This document shows, piece after piece, positions 6,987-15,095 of a stretch of DNA of 42,502 bases. Within the stretch, counting starts at the first letter, position 1. The number at the start of each line of letters is the position of its first letter. A program made the position numbers and the translations under genes. Below the pieces are notes generated by a model. It saw only the letters and a program-made list of their open reading frames with translations, was not told the DNA's origin and made no database searches. Source of the stretch: an uncultured bacterium (lineage in GTDB: Bacteria; CAIJMQ01; JAADFP01; CAZSGC01); assembly GCA_964606225.1 (NCBI GenBank), contig CAZSGC010000001.1, positions 30,649-73,150 of the forward strand, in the 5' to 3' direction.

Positions 6987-9884
6987 TCACCTCTCGTAAA
7001 CGCAATCAATCCGGTATTCTCCCAGGATTTCGTCTGCTCCCTCATCATATTTTCCGTCTCCATCCGTATCCCTCACACTTCTACCTGTAACTTTTATCCG
7101 GAAGAGATTAGAGCGGACAGTAACCAGGTTGGAAAGGTGAGAGAAAGTCTGGCAGGCTTTGCTTAAATCCCCCCAGTAATTCTCCAAAACATAGAGCAAT
7201 TTCCCAGTACTATCCAGGGGACCTTGAGTATCTATATAATTCCTTATATACTGAGCCAGAGAACTGTCTACGTTCGGAAGAGCCTCCAGGACAACTTTAT
7301 CCGCAGTATTAATATTTATCCTCCCGTAGACACGGGGTAGAGGGGCTAATACCACTCCATCAAAGTAAGCGTCGGAAGCACCAGGGGGCTTTCTTACCGT
7401 TATCTGAAGATATACCTCTCCTTCCTCTCTACTTTCGTTGGGGTCGGCAATCCAGACCTCTCCGTAATACCCCATTCCATCGGGTCCTGGATTTACCAGT
7501 ATTTCCGGATAATCCTTTACCCAGGTATCCACCTTCACCAGAAGGGGAACATCTTCCTTACCCAGGATATAAAGGGAGTAAAGGGCGGTATCTGGAGAGA
7601 TTCTCTCTGAAAAACCCCATCCCCATGTCCCTGCACTTTCAGAGTTAGTGTAGTAATAGTCGGTAAGGAAAGGAGGAGAGGCAGGATAGGAATCCCCCCA
7701 TCCATTATCGTAATAACTGGAATATTCTGCCTCCAGTCTCTGGCAGGTTACGGTGAATCTATCCGCTATGCGAACCAGCAGGAGGTCTTTCTGAGAGGGG
7801 TCTGTTTCATCTGTAAGCACTTCCTCTATCCTCTTCCAGGAGTCATTTTTCCCTATGGCTCCTTTTACTTTATATAACTCCCCCACGGAGGCAAAGGGGC
7901 GGTTTTTTACGATTATTTTGTCTAAATCCACAGAATTTACCCCTGTATTTTGTTGACCCGGTGTCCCTTGAGGCTGAATCCCCCTATCCTCATCCTCTAC
8001 TCCGCTCAATAGTCTATTTCTCCAGTTCTCTACGGGGTCAGGGAGAGTTGGGTCTTTCTTCTCTAAGGCAGTGAAGAGGATAACCGAATCCCCTGCATCA
8101 CTCTCCTTAGGGAAGAACCAGGCTCTACATACCACTCTCCCTTCCTCATCCCGAACAATTACCGTATCTCCTTTATCCGTAGCATCCTGTGGAGGAGAGA
8201 CAGAGTCCCATCTATTAGAGGAAAAATCCAAGGCATGGTCTCCCACTCCTCCCCATTCCAAGGATACTAAAGGAGTATCTTCCTTCGGAGTATCCCCCCA
8301 CAGTCCCGTATTATCTCCCCAGCCTGATTCAAAGGAAGTCTGGTCATTATCCCTTCTTTCCGGAGAAGAGTTATCCTTGCGGTCCACCAGAAGGAGATAA
8401 CTTCTTGCAGGAAAGGTAGTTCCCAGAGGGATAATTCCCCGGGATACCGGACCACTTTCTCCCACCACCTCCACCGTCCAGAGACTTAAGTCAATATCCT
8501 CCTCACTTAAGTTTAAAAGTTCTATATACTGGGACTGCTGGGAGAGGATGATAAAGAAAAAGGAGGCAGGGATTCCATCGTTTACATCCTGTAAGGTGAG
8601 GGAAAGTTGTCCAGTAGTGATGTCTACATTTCCCTTATCCTCGAGGTCTATAGCATAAGGAGGGGTGGAAGAGGGGGTAAAGGAACCCAGGAAATTGCCG
8701 TTTACGGTTACATTCACCTCTCCCAGACCACTGGGGTGACAGTATATCCTCAGATAGTACTTGCCATTATTAATATTTCCCCAGGTCCAGTTAGCAGAAT
8801 CTCCCGTATTATTGGAGTAAATCTCTCCCATCGGAGGACCCCACCCATTATCGTAAATACTGGCTCTCACCCCTCTAAACTTCCCCCAGGTCCTGGGCAT
8901 TACCTCATTTATCTGAACATCCTCCACACCGTATATATCTTCTCCGGTATCCGGATTTATAAAGTGGGTGGCGTAGTGGTTTCTATCCCGGTAATCGGCA
9001 ATGTTAGCAGAGAGTTGAAGAGCAGTATCGGGATGAATACCTTCCTGAACCAGGACGGTATCCACCACTACGGGTTCTGCCAGATTTAAGTTAATACGGT
9101 TTAAACCAGAATCATCCATATCCAGGTCAAAGGAGTAGAGGGTTATATAGGGTTGTATCTGGCTAAAAATATCCTCTCCCACAGCCTTCTTCACCTCATC
9201 CAGGCTCAAGAAAGGAGTATCGGAGTTCACCTCACCTGCAGACGGAGGATAGGGACTCCATACTACCAGTTCATCCGGCTCGTCAAAACCCTCACCCGGT
9301 TCATCAATAGAGTCATCTCCATCATTATCTATCCCATCATTCTCCAGGAGGACATTATCTCTATCATCATCGTAATTCTCTTCTCCAGGTCCAGGTCCCT
9401 CCCGGTAATAGATAAGATTATTTGCCACGGTATCGGGAGAAGGAATTCCCAGAGCAGTTAAAAAATCGACTAAACTTATCTCAAAAGTAGTCCATCCTTC
9501 ATTCTGCCTGTCTCCAGCAATGTTTAAGTTAATCTTCCCTGCTTCGTCTTCTATTTTAATCTTATAGGCTCCCACCAGATTTCCATTATCATCTTTTACA
9601 TCTTCCCAGTCTTCTGCCTGATAGATTTCATCTAACCACTCATCTCCAGGACCATCGTATTTGTTATCTTCTAAGTCCTTCTCCAAAGCGCTAATAGCTA
9701 AGTTTACCCCTGCCTGAGCAATGGAGGAAGCCTTTACCTCTCCTAAGTAATTGAAGGAAGCCTCCTCCTCCATCCTCATCTGATAGGAGAAGGAAGCGGC
9801 TAAAGCAGAGAGGATAGCCATTATGGATATGGCTATTATCAGAGCCATGCCCCTTTTATCCTCTAAGCAAAGAATTCTTTTCAT
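6987..9884 (-). CDS. Giant GspK/PilX-like minor pseudopilin (965 aa) with large insertions
   Basis: The N-terminus KRGMALIIAISIMAILSALAASF is a GspK-type hydrophobic segment without Glu5. The motif YKIKIEDEAGKINLN is present, along with two iNxN-type helix-hairpin units (LNRINLNLAEP..ANIADYRD and GRININTADKVVLEALPNVDSSLAQYIRNY). The C-terminal TVRSNLFRIKVTG is also GspK-like. The start ATG overlaps the upstream stop (ATGA). Confidence 0.75.
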   Translation of the reverse strand: MKRILCLEDKRGMALIIAISIMAILSALAASFSYQMRMEEEASFNYLGEVKASSIAQAGVNLAISALEKDLEDNKYDGPGDEWLDEIYQAEDWEDVKDDNGNLVGAYKIKIEDEAGKINLNIAGDRQNEGWTTFEISLVDFLTALGIPSPDTVANNLIYYREGPGPGEENYDDDRDNVLLENDGIDNDGDDSIDEPGEGFDEPDELVVWSPYPPSAGEVNSDTPFLSLDEVKKAVGEDIFSQIQPYITLYSFDLDMDDSGLNRINLNLAEPVVVDTVLVQEGIHPDTALQLSANIADYRDRNHYATHFINPDTGEDIYGVEDVQINEVMPRTWGKFRGVRASIYDNGWGPPMGEIYSNNTGDSANWTWGNINNGKYYLRIYCHPSGLGEVNVTVNGNFLGSFTPSSTPPYAIDLEDKGNVDITTGQLSLTLQDVNDGIPASFFFIILSQQSQYIELLNLSEEDIDLSLWTVEVVGESGPVSRGIIPLGTTFPARSYLLLVDRKDNSSPERRDNDQTSFESGWGDNTGLWGDTPKEDTPLVSLEWGGVGDHALDFSSNRWDSVSPPQDATDKGDTVIVRDEEGRVVCRAWFFPKESDAGDSVILFTALEKKDPTLPDPVENWRNRLLSGVEDEDRGIQPQGTPGQQNTGVNSVDLDKIIVKNRPFASVGELYKVKGAIGKNDSWKRIEEVLTDETDPSQKDLLLVRIADRFTVTCQRLEAEYSSYYDNGWGDSYPASPPFLTDYYYTNSESAGTWGWGFSERISPDTALYSLYILGKEDVPLLVKVDTWVKDYPEILVNPGPDGMGYYGEVWIADPNESREEGEVYLQITVRKPPGASDAYFDGVVLAPLPRVYGRININTADKVVLEALPNVDSSLAQYIRNYIDTQGPLDSTGKLLYVLENYWGDLSKACQTFSHLSNLVTVRSNLFRIKVTGRSVRDTDGDGKYDEGADEILGEYRIDCVYER

Positions 9885-10609
9885 CTTAAATAAACCACCA
9901 TTTCCTGTTTTATCTCCCCTTTACCTTTCCCCTCTCCGTATTCTGCAGTGATAGAAATTTCCACTTTTGTGGGAAGCCGGTATCTTTTGGAGTCAGTATC
10001 TGCTTCTCCCCAACTTTCATATTCACTCTCCCCTTCATAAAACCTAACCCTAAAATCCGTTATATGAAGAGCAAGTTCATAATTTCCCCATACCGGAATA
10101 GTGGAGTGAAAAGGTCCACTGGGTTCAAATCCTCTATCAGGGGTGGATGGAGAAGGATAATTGGGAAGAAGGGGAGAGGGAGAATCTCTCTCTGCCCGGT
10201 AAATAAGGTTTCTCTTCCTTCCCCCGGACCAGTAAATGCTCTTATAATGGCAGTAGATTATCTGCTTTCTACCCTTCTCTTCATCGGGAACAACAAACTC
10301 CATATAGGAGTACTCTTTTCCCTGATAGGTAGTTTTCCCTCCTACAAAGAATACATCTCCTCTTCTAAAAACTTGAGGGTCTAAGGCATTCTTTAAATCT
10401 TTCCTCAGATAATCCAGAGCAGCCCGTGTGTTCACATATACCTGAGCAAGATTTATCCCCTTCCGGGAGGAGAGAAGGCTTCCCTGAAATATGAGGTAGA
10501 AACTACCTCCAATAATACTCAGGATAGCCACGGTTACCATCATCTCCACCAGAGTAAATCCCTTCCCAGAAGGAATTTTTCTAAGGCAGAACATCTCCAT
10601 AGTCCTCAT
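9881..10609 (-). CDS. Minor pilin with a prepilin-type N-terminal cleavage/methylation motif (GspJ/PilW-like by position)
   Basis: The N-terminus reads KIPSGKG|FTLVEMMVTVAILSIIGG. At 242 aa it precedes the GspK-like gene with a 4-nt overlap. The true start may be one of the internal Met codons at 10600 or 10594. Confidence 0.6.
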   Translation of the reverse strand: MRTMEMFCLRKIPSGKGFTLVEMMVTVAILSIIGGSFYLIFQGSLLSSRKGINLAQVYVNTRAALDYLRKDLKNALDPQVFRRGDVFFVGGKTTYQGKEYSYMEFVVPDEEKGRKQIIYCHYKSIYWSGGRKRNLIYRAERDSPSPLLPNYPSPSTPDRGFEPSGPFHSTIPVWGNYELALHITDFRVRFYEGESEYESWGEADTDSKRYRLPTKVEISITAEYGEGKGKGEIKQEMVVYLR

Positions 10610-11057
10610 AAAAGGGGTTGGAAATATAACTTACTATCACATCTGAACGCTCCCTCTCTCCTACCGTCCAGGTTACCTTTAAAAACACCTTCTGGAGAAC
10701 ATCCGCAGGTTTTTGGGGGTCATCTTCCAGTTTTAGTTCTGCACTAACTTCTCCTGAGGAGAGATAAAGAGAATAGGCACCATGGTATTTCTTCCAAAGT
10801 TCATAGTATCCAACACCATTATAGTTAGGATTCACATTCCCATACTCATCTATATCTCCCGGGTCATATATGAAAACTGCATATCTTAATTTATTGAGAG
10901 CATCACTAACTACTGTTCCCACCTTACTGAATTCTGCGGCTCTCTCTGAAGACCTTAAACCCATAGGGAAGAGATGAGCAATAGCCAGAATCCCCACCGA
11001 GAGTATAACCAAAGATATTACCACTTCCAGGAGTGTTAGCCCTCTTTCATTCCTCAA
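10581..11057 (-). CDS. Minor pilin, prepilin-type N-terminus (GspI/PilV-like by position and size)
   Basis: The N-terminus reads MRNERG|LTLLEVVISLVILSVGILAIA. The protein is 158 aa and overlaps both neighbouring genes. Confidence 0.6.
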   Translation of the reverse strand: MRNERGLTLLEVVISLVILSVGILAIAHLFPMGLRSSERAAEFSKVGTVVSDALNKLRYAVFIYDPGDIDEYGNVNPNYNGVGYYELWKKYHGAYSLYLSSGEVSAELKLEDDPQKPADVLQKVFLKVTWTVGERERSDVIVSYISNPFYEDYGDVLP

Positions 11058-11607
11058 TTACTACCCCCCGAAATTCTTTAATTCTAACCCTCCCTGTGGA
11101 ATGGAGCACTTTTATCTGGGCAGTGTATCCCTTGGAAAGGTCCTTTAATACAATGATGGCGTTATTTCTCGCCTCCCCTTTTCGGTTAAACTCCACCACA
11201 TAAAGTTGAGAATTATAAGTGCTTTCTCCAGGCTTGGCCAGACCATTTCTGGTATCCAATTTGGACTCCGGGCTGGAGGTATCTATAATTATGCGGGGAG
11301 GGAGTCTCTTCCATCCTCCGATACTTCCCTCCGCAATATTGTAAACCTCCACTGCTGACCAGAGAGCCTGGTAATCAGTATAGAATACTGCCATATTGTA
11401 GAACTCCTCGTCTGGAGGGGTGGGTTTAGTTATGGCTGCCTCCCGGGCACTTCTTAAGGCAGACATAACATCATAACATCCCTGGCGGAGTCGGGAAGTT
11501 ATGAAGAAATTCCTGAAGGTGGGGAGAGAGGCTATTACCAGAATGGAGAGAATAGCCACCACCACCATTATCTCTATTAAAGTAAATCCTCTCCTTAAAA
11601 CTCTCAT
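11047..11607 (-). CDS. Minor pilin, prepilin-type N-terminus (GspH/FimU-like by position)
   Basis: The N-terminus reads MRVLRRG|FTLIEIMVVVAILSILV. The protein is 186 aa and is the first gene of the H-I-J-K-type series. Confidence 0.6.
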   Translation of the reverse strand: MRVLRRGFTLIEIMVVVAILSILVIASLPTFRNFFITSRLRQGCYDVMSALRSAREAAITKPTPPDEEFYNMAVFYTDYQALWSAVEVYNIAEGSIGGWKRLPPRIIIDTSSPESKLDTRNGLAKPGESTYNSQLYVVEFNRKGEARNNAIIVLKDLSKGYTAQIKVLHSTGRVRIKEFRGVVIEE

Positions 11608-11609
11608 AA

Positions 11610-12113
11610 TCAGTAATACTGCTCCCAGGATTTATTCACATCCCAGTTGTTAATATCGTCTTTGTTGGTAGAAGAGTTTCCTGTATCTCTGTCTTTTCCT
11701 TTAGAGTAAATATAATAGTCTAAGTCTGGTATATCCGTAATGGGTATACCCGTCTCATTACTCAGATTATTTTTTCTGTTTGCTCCCCCAAAGAACCTGT
11801 AGGGATTCCCCCAAGGGTCGTTTCCAATTCCTTTTATATAAGGACCAGACCAGTTCCCTCCCTGGTCCTGAGTTAAGGCTGTCTCCACCACAGATATATC
11901 ACCATTCACATCCCCAAAGTATCCACCCATATCGTGTTCATACATGGAGATGGCGGTCTCCAGAGCAGCAATCTCTGCCTCTACTCGAGCCATCTTTGCC
12001 CGGTCAATTCTGCGGGCTAAATTGGGAAGGAGAATTCCCGCCAGAAGTATAATTATCCCCACCACCACCATAAGTTCAGTAAGGGTAAAACCTTTTTTGT
12101 TTATCCCCTTCAT
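11610..12113 (-). CDS. GspG/PulG-type (pseudo)pilin, candidate major subunit 2
   Basis: The N-terminus reads MKGINKKG|FTLTELMVVVGIIILLAGILLPNLARRIDRAKMARVEAEIAALETAISMYEHD, and later DPWGNPY. This is the typical GspG N-terminal helix and core. A GGAGG lies upstream of the ATG. Confidence 0.8.
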   Translation of the reverse strand: MKGINKKGFTLTELMVVVGIIILLAGILLPNLARRIDRAKMARVEAEIAALETAISMYEHDMGGYFGDVNGDISVVETALTQDQGGNWSGPYIKGIGNDPWGNPYRFFGGANRKNNLSNETGIPITDIPDLDYYIYSKGKDRDTGNSSTNKDDINNWDVNKSWEQYY

Positions 12114-12127
12114 AACTTTCCTCCTTT

Positions 12128-12505
12128 CTAAAATTTAATAGTCTCCGAATACTTAACTTTCCCCGAATAATCGGTAGCCTGAATGACATAATAGTTGGAA
12201 TAAAGAGAGTATATATACTCACCTTTCCACGGGGAGGGGGGAATTTCTCTACTTAAGTAAGGATGCTCTCCTGAAGTGAGGTAAGAGAGAGAGGGAGGAA
12301 AAACTTCATTATCTATCTTATACAAGGTAAGGGAACGGATAAGGATCTCAATATCCGCCTTCGCCTTAGCCAGTTTGGCTTTCTCCATCTGTTTAAGAAA
12401 ATTAGGAAGCATTATACCAGCCAGAAGAATTATTATGGAGATAACCACCATTAACTCTATAAGGGTAAATCCCTTTTCTCTTTTCTCACTCTTAACTTTC
12501 ATCAT
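12128..12505 (-). CDS. GspG-type (pseudo)pilin, candidate major subunit 1 (start revised from 12529)
   Basis: The N-terminus reads MMKVKSEKREKG|FTLIELMVVISIIILLAGIMLPNFLKQMEKAKLAKAKADIEIL. The tracked start at 12529 abuts the -12 promoter element. AGGAGGG immediately precedes ATGATG at 12505/12502. Confidence 0.75.
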   Translation of the reverse strand: MMKVKSEKREKGFTLIELMVVISIIILLAGIMLPNFLKQMEKAKLAKAKADIEILIRSLTLYKIDNEVFPPSLSYLTSGEHPYLSREIPPSPWKGEYIYSLYSNYYVIQATDYSGKVKYSETIKF

Positions 12506-12529
12506 CCCTCCTCTTTCCTTTATAAACAC

Positions 12530-12545
12530 TGCAATTTTTGTTCCG
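12530..12545 (-). promoter_or_regulatory. Sigma-54 (-24/-12) promoter match for the pilin / minor-pilin operon
   Basis: The minus strand reads CGGAAC-AAAAA-TTGCA, with GG and GC at consensus spacing. The predicted +1 is near 12519, giving the leader AGGAAAGAGGAGGG before ATG(12505). It lies directly downstream of a sigma-54-dependent regulator/kinase pair. Confidence 0.55.
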
Positions 12546-12610
12546 GACTCTGATAAACATTTGGTGATGGTAGATAGAGAATTCTTTCCTTCATGACTGT
12601 GATATATACA

Positions 12611-13672
12611 TCACACTTTGGCGGGTAAAATCACCTCAAAAGTGGTCCCTTTACCCACCTCACTGCTAACTCTTATATCTCCTTTAAACCTCTTTATCAG
12701 AGCATAACTGATAGCCAGTCCCAAGCCAAATCCTTTTTCTTTAGTGGTAAAGAAAGGGTCAAAGATAAATTTAAGGTTTTCTTGAGGTATCCCAGGACCG
12801 GTATCCTGAAAGTAGAGAGAAACTCTCCGCTCGTCCTTTCTTCCCCAGATACGGATTTCCCCTTCTTCCATAGCCTCTAAGGCATTGTTAATTATATTGA
12901 GGAACACCTCCCTTAACCTCTCCTTATTTCCAGAGACGGGAGGTAAATCCGAAGATAAGTTATTTTCCACTCTCACTTTCTCTAACTTGCCCTCTTCCTC
13001 AAGACCTTTTAGAATCTCTCCCACCAGAGTAACCGCATCCACCCATTCTACTGGAATTTCCTGGGAAGTCTTGGAGTATTCCAGAAGGGAGGTGGCAATT
13101 TCGTTAATTCGGGCTACCTCTCTCTCAATCTGCTCCAGTTGTTCTATAACCTTTTCTCTCCCTATCTGGGAAGAAGTCCCTTCTAAAGAATTGCGAATAA
13201 GATAGGAGGAAGTCCTTATGATGGAGAGAGGATTCCTTATCTCATGCACCACTCCTGCTGCCATCTTAGCCAGAGAAGCAAGTTTTTCCTGCTCTATGAG
13301 TTCCATCTGGAGAGAGAGAAGTTCAGACCTAATTTTTCTTAATTCCTCATTGCGAATCCTCAGTTCTTCCTCTAACCTGCGGTTTAACTGAATAATCTCT
13401 CTCTGAGCAGTGAGTAAGGAGGAGGCTACCTCTTCACCTTTAAAGGAAAGGGGAGAGGTACTTCTCAAAAACAAAGTGCGGGATACTCTGGTAAAAGTGA
13501 AGAGCAAAAGGGAGAGAAAGAAACCCAGAAAGAAAAATTCCATACTCCAGAAGAGATTCCTGTAAGGTGGCGGAAGTCTGATAAGAAGAGGGAAAGGAGA
13601 AAGGAGTAGAAGCAAAAGAAGGAGAAATATCAGAAAGTAAAGAAGTTCTCTCCTCTCACTTTTTTCCGACAT
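12611..13672 (-). CDS. Sensor histidine kinase (PilS-like by context): two N-terminal TM segments, coiled coil, HisKA, HATPase_c
   Basis: The H-box is AAGVVHEIRNPLS. The N-box and G-boxes are LNIINNALEAM, FQDTGPGIP and GFGLGLAISY. The gene overlaps the upstream regulator gene by 17 nt. Confidence 0.85.
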   Translation of the reverse strand: MSEKSERRELLYFLIFLLLLLLLLSPFPLLIRLPPPYRNLFWSMEFFFLGFFLSLLLFTFTRVSRTLFLRSTSPLSFKGEEVASSLLTAQREIIQLNRRLEEELRIRNEELRKIRSELLSLQMELIEQEKLASLAKMAAGVVHEIRNPLSIIRTSSYLIRNSLEGTSSQIGREKVIEQLEQIEREVARINEIATSLLEYSKTSQEIPVEWVDAVTLVGEILKGLEEEGKLEKVRVENNLSSDLPPVSGNKERLREVFLNIINNALEAMEEGEIRIWGRKDERRVSLYFQDTGPGIPQENLKFIFDPFFTTKEKGFGLGLAISYALIKRFKGDIRVSSEVGKGTTFEVILPAKV

Positions 13673-15038
13673 CCCTGACTTCCTCAGGATGAATATGATA
13701 AATTCTCATCTTCTCATAAAAGTGTCGGCGAGAAATTCCGGCTTTCTGGCTGGCTTTACTAACATTACCTCTGGTTTCCTTAAGTAGCCTTAATATATAC
13801 TCTCTCTCCGTTCTCTTTCTTACCTCCTCCAAAGTCCCACGGAGATTTTCCTCCCCAGATACCCGATAACCTCTTATCCTCTCCGGAAGGTCCTCCACAT
13901 CAATCACTCTCTCCTCCGCAAGTACAATACATCCCCTCACCACATTCTCCAATTCCCGAACATTTCCAGGCCAGTCGTAACTCTCCAAGTATTTCATAGC
14001 CTGACGGGAAAAGGTTTTTCTCATAGAAGCATCTTTACTCTGGTATTTGTTAAGAAAATGCTCTACCAGAAGGAGAATATCTTCTTTCCTCTCCCTTAAA
14101 GGGGGCAAAGTAATGGAAACAGCGTTTAGACGATAGAAGAGGTCTTCCCGGAATCTCCCCTCTTTCATTTCTTTCTCTAAATCTTTGTTGGTGGCAGAGA
14201 CAATCCTCACATTAACCCGGATGGGCTCGGTACCACCTACTTTGTAAAATTCTCCCTCCTGGAGGAACCTTAAGATTTTCATCTGGACAACAGGAGAGAG
14301 GTCTCCTACTTCATCCAGAAATACCGTCCCTCCATCCGCCACCTCTAATAGACCCTTTTTCCTCTCCATAGCCCCGGTGAAGGCTCCCTTTTCATGTCCG
14401 AATAATTCACTCTCCAGAAGTGTCTCCGGTAGGGCACCACAGTTTACGGTTAGAAACCGTTTTTCTCTTCTGGGGCTTCTTCTGTGTATAGCCCGGGCTA
14501 CCAGTTCTTTTCCTGTACCACTTTCCCCTATCAGCAATACGGAGACATCACTTTTGGCTACTTTCTGTATAAACTCATAAACTTTCTTCATTTTTTCACT
14601 CAACCCTACCAGTTCTTCAAAGCCTCTCTCCTTCTCCAGTTCTTCCTTAAGAAGAGAGACATCTTCCTTAAGTCTTTCATGCTCCAAGGCTCTTTCTATG
14701 GAAATTATCACCTCTTCCGGATTAAAGGGTTTGAGAATATAATCGTAGGCTCCCAAGCGAAGAGCCTGAATGGCGGTCTCCATACTACCGTAAGCAGTTA
14801 TTATGATAAAGGGAATTCTCCATCCTTCCTGACGAAGTTTCTCCAGGAATTTAGTGCCTTCCATATCCGGGAGTTTGAGGTCACTCAGCACCAGATGGGG
14901 AGAAACCTTACGGATTTCTTTCCAAGCAGAGTTAGCCTTATCAAAGGGATAAACCTTGTATCCTTTAGATTCCAGAAGGATGGATAGATTTCTGCTCAGT
15001 ACTTTATCATCTTCCAGGAGGAGGATTCTATACTTCAT
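13656..15038 (-). CDS. Sigma-54-dependent response regulator (NtrC family, PilR-like by context): REC, AAA+ and Fis-type HTH domains
   Basis: REC motifs are LLLEDD and SDLKLPDMEG. Walker A is GESGTGKELVARAIH, the sigma-54 contact loop is GAFTGA, and the C-terminal HTH is GNVSKASQKAGISRRHFYEKM. ATG at 15038 is preferred; the tracked start at 15041 is the adjacent in-frame TTG. Confidence 0.9.
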   Translation of the reverse strand: MKYRILLLEDDKVLSRNLSILLESKGYKVYPFDKANSAWKEIRKVSPHLVLSDLKLPDMEGTKFLEKLRQEGWRIPFIIITAYGSMETAIQALRLGAYDYILKPFNPEEVIISIERALEHERLKEDVSLLKEELEKERGFEELVGLSEKMKKVYEFIQKVAKSDVSVLLIGESGTGKELVARAIHRRSPRREKRFLTVNCGALPETLLESELFGHEKGAFTGAMERKKGLLEVADGGTVFLDEVGDLSPVVQMKILRFLQEGEFYKVGGTEPIRVNVRIVSATNKDLEKEMKEGRFREDLFYRLNAVSITLPPLRERKEDILLLVEHFLNKYQSKDASMRKTFSRQAMKYLESYDWPGNVRELENVVRGCIVLAEERVIDVEDLPERIRGYRVSGEENLRGTLEEVRKRTEREYILRLLKETRGNVSKASQKAGISRRHFYEKMRIYHIHPEEVRDVGKK

Positions 15039-15046
15039 CAATCTTA

Positions 15047-15075
15047 ATTATAAAGGGAAAGGGTAGAGACTGCAA
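15047..15075 (-). promoter_or_regulatory. Sigma-70-type promoter for the pilR/pilS-like operon, predicted to be leaderless
   Basis: The minus strand reads TTGCAG(15075..15070), a 17-nt spacer, TATAAT(15052..15047), 8 nt, then ATG(15038). No Shine-Dalgarno is present. Confidence 0.55.
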
Positions 15076-15095
15076 AAAGTAGGGTTTAGAGAACC

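Noticed and set aside
2906-9461. Many tracked ORFs are nested antisense or out of frame inside the pilMN, LamG and GspK-like genes. Examples are 2906..3190, 3565..3909, 3568..3780, 4046..4495, 5387..6010 (207 aa), 6490..6747, 6903..7166, 8071..8400, 8607..9089 and 9153..9461.
   Set aside because: Their translations are low-complexity, rich in S/L/P/F/R/I, and carry no recognisable motifs. Each lies wholly inside a gene with strong motif support. Purine loading of the true coding strand makes open shadow frames expected.
12598-12615. TGTGAT-N6-ATCACA read as a CRP/Vfr-type binding site.
   Set aside because: The CRP consensus is TGTGA-N6-TCACA. Here the TGTGA and TCACA cores are separated by 8 nt, so the spacing is wrong. 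It is kept only as a weak candidate activator site in the pilin-promoter finding. A 6-bp inverted repeat at fixed spacing is expected several times by chance in 42 kb.
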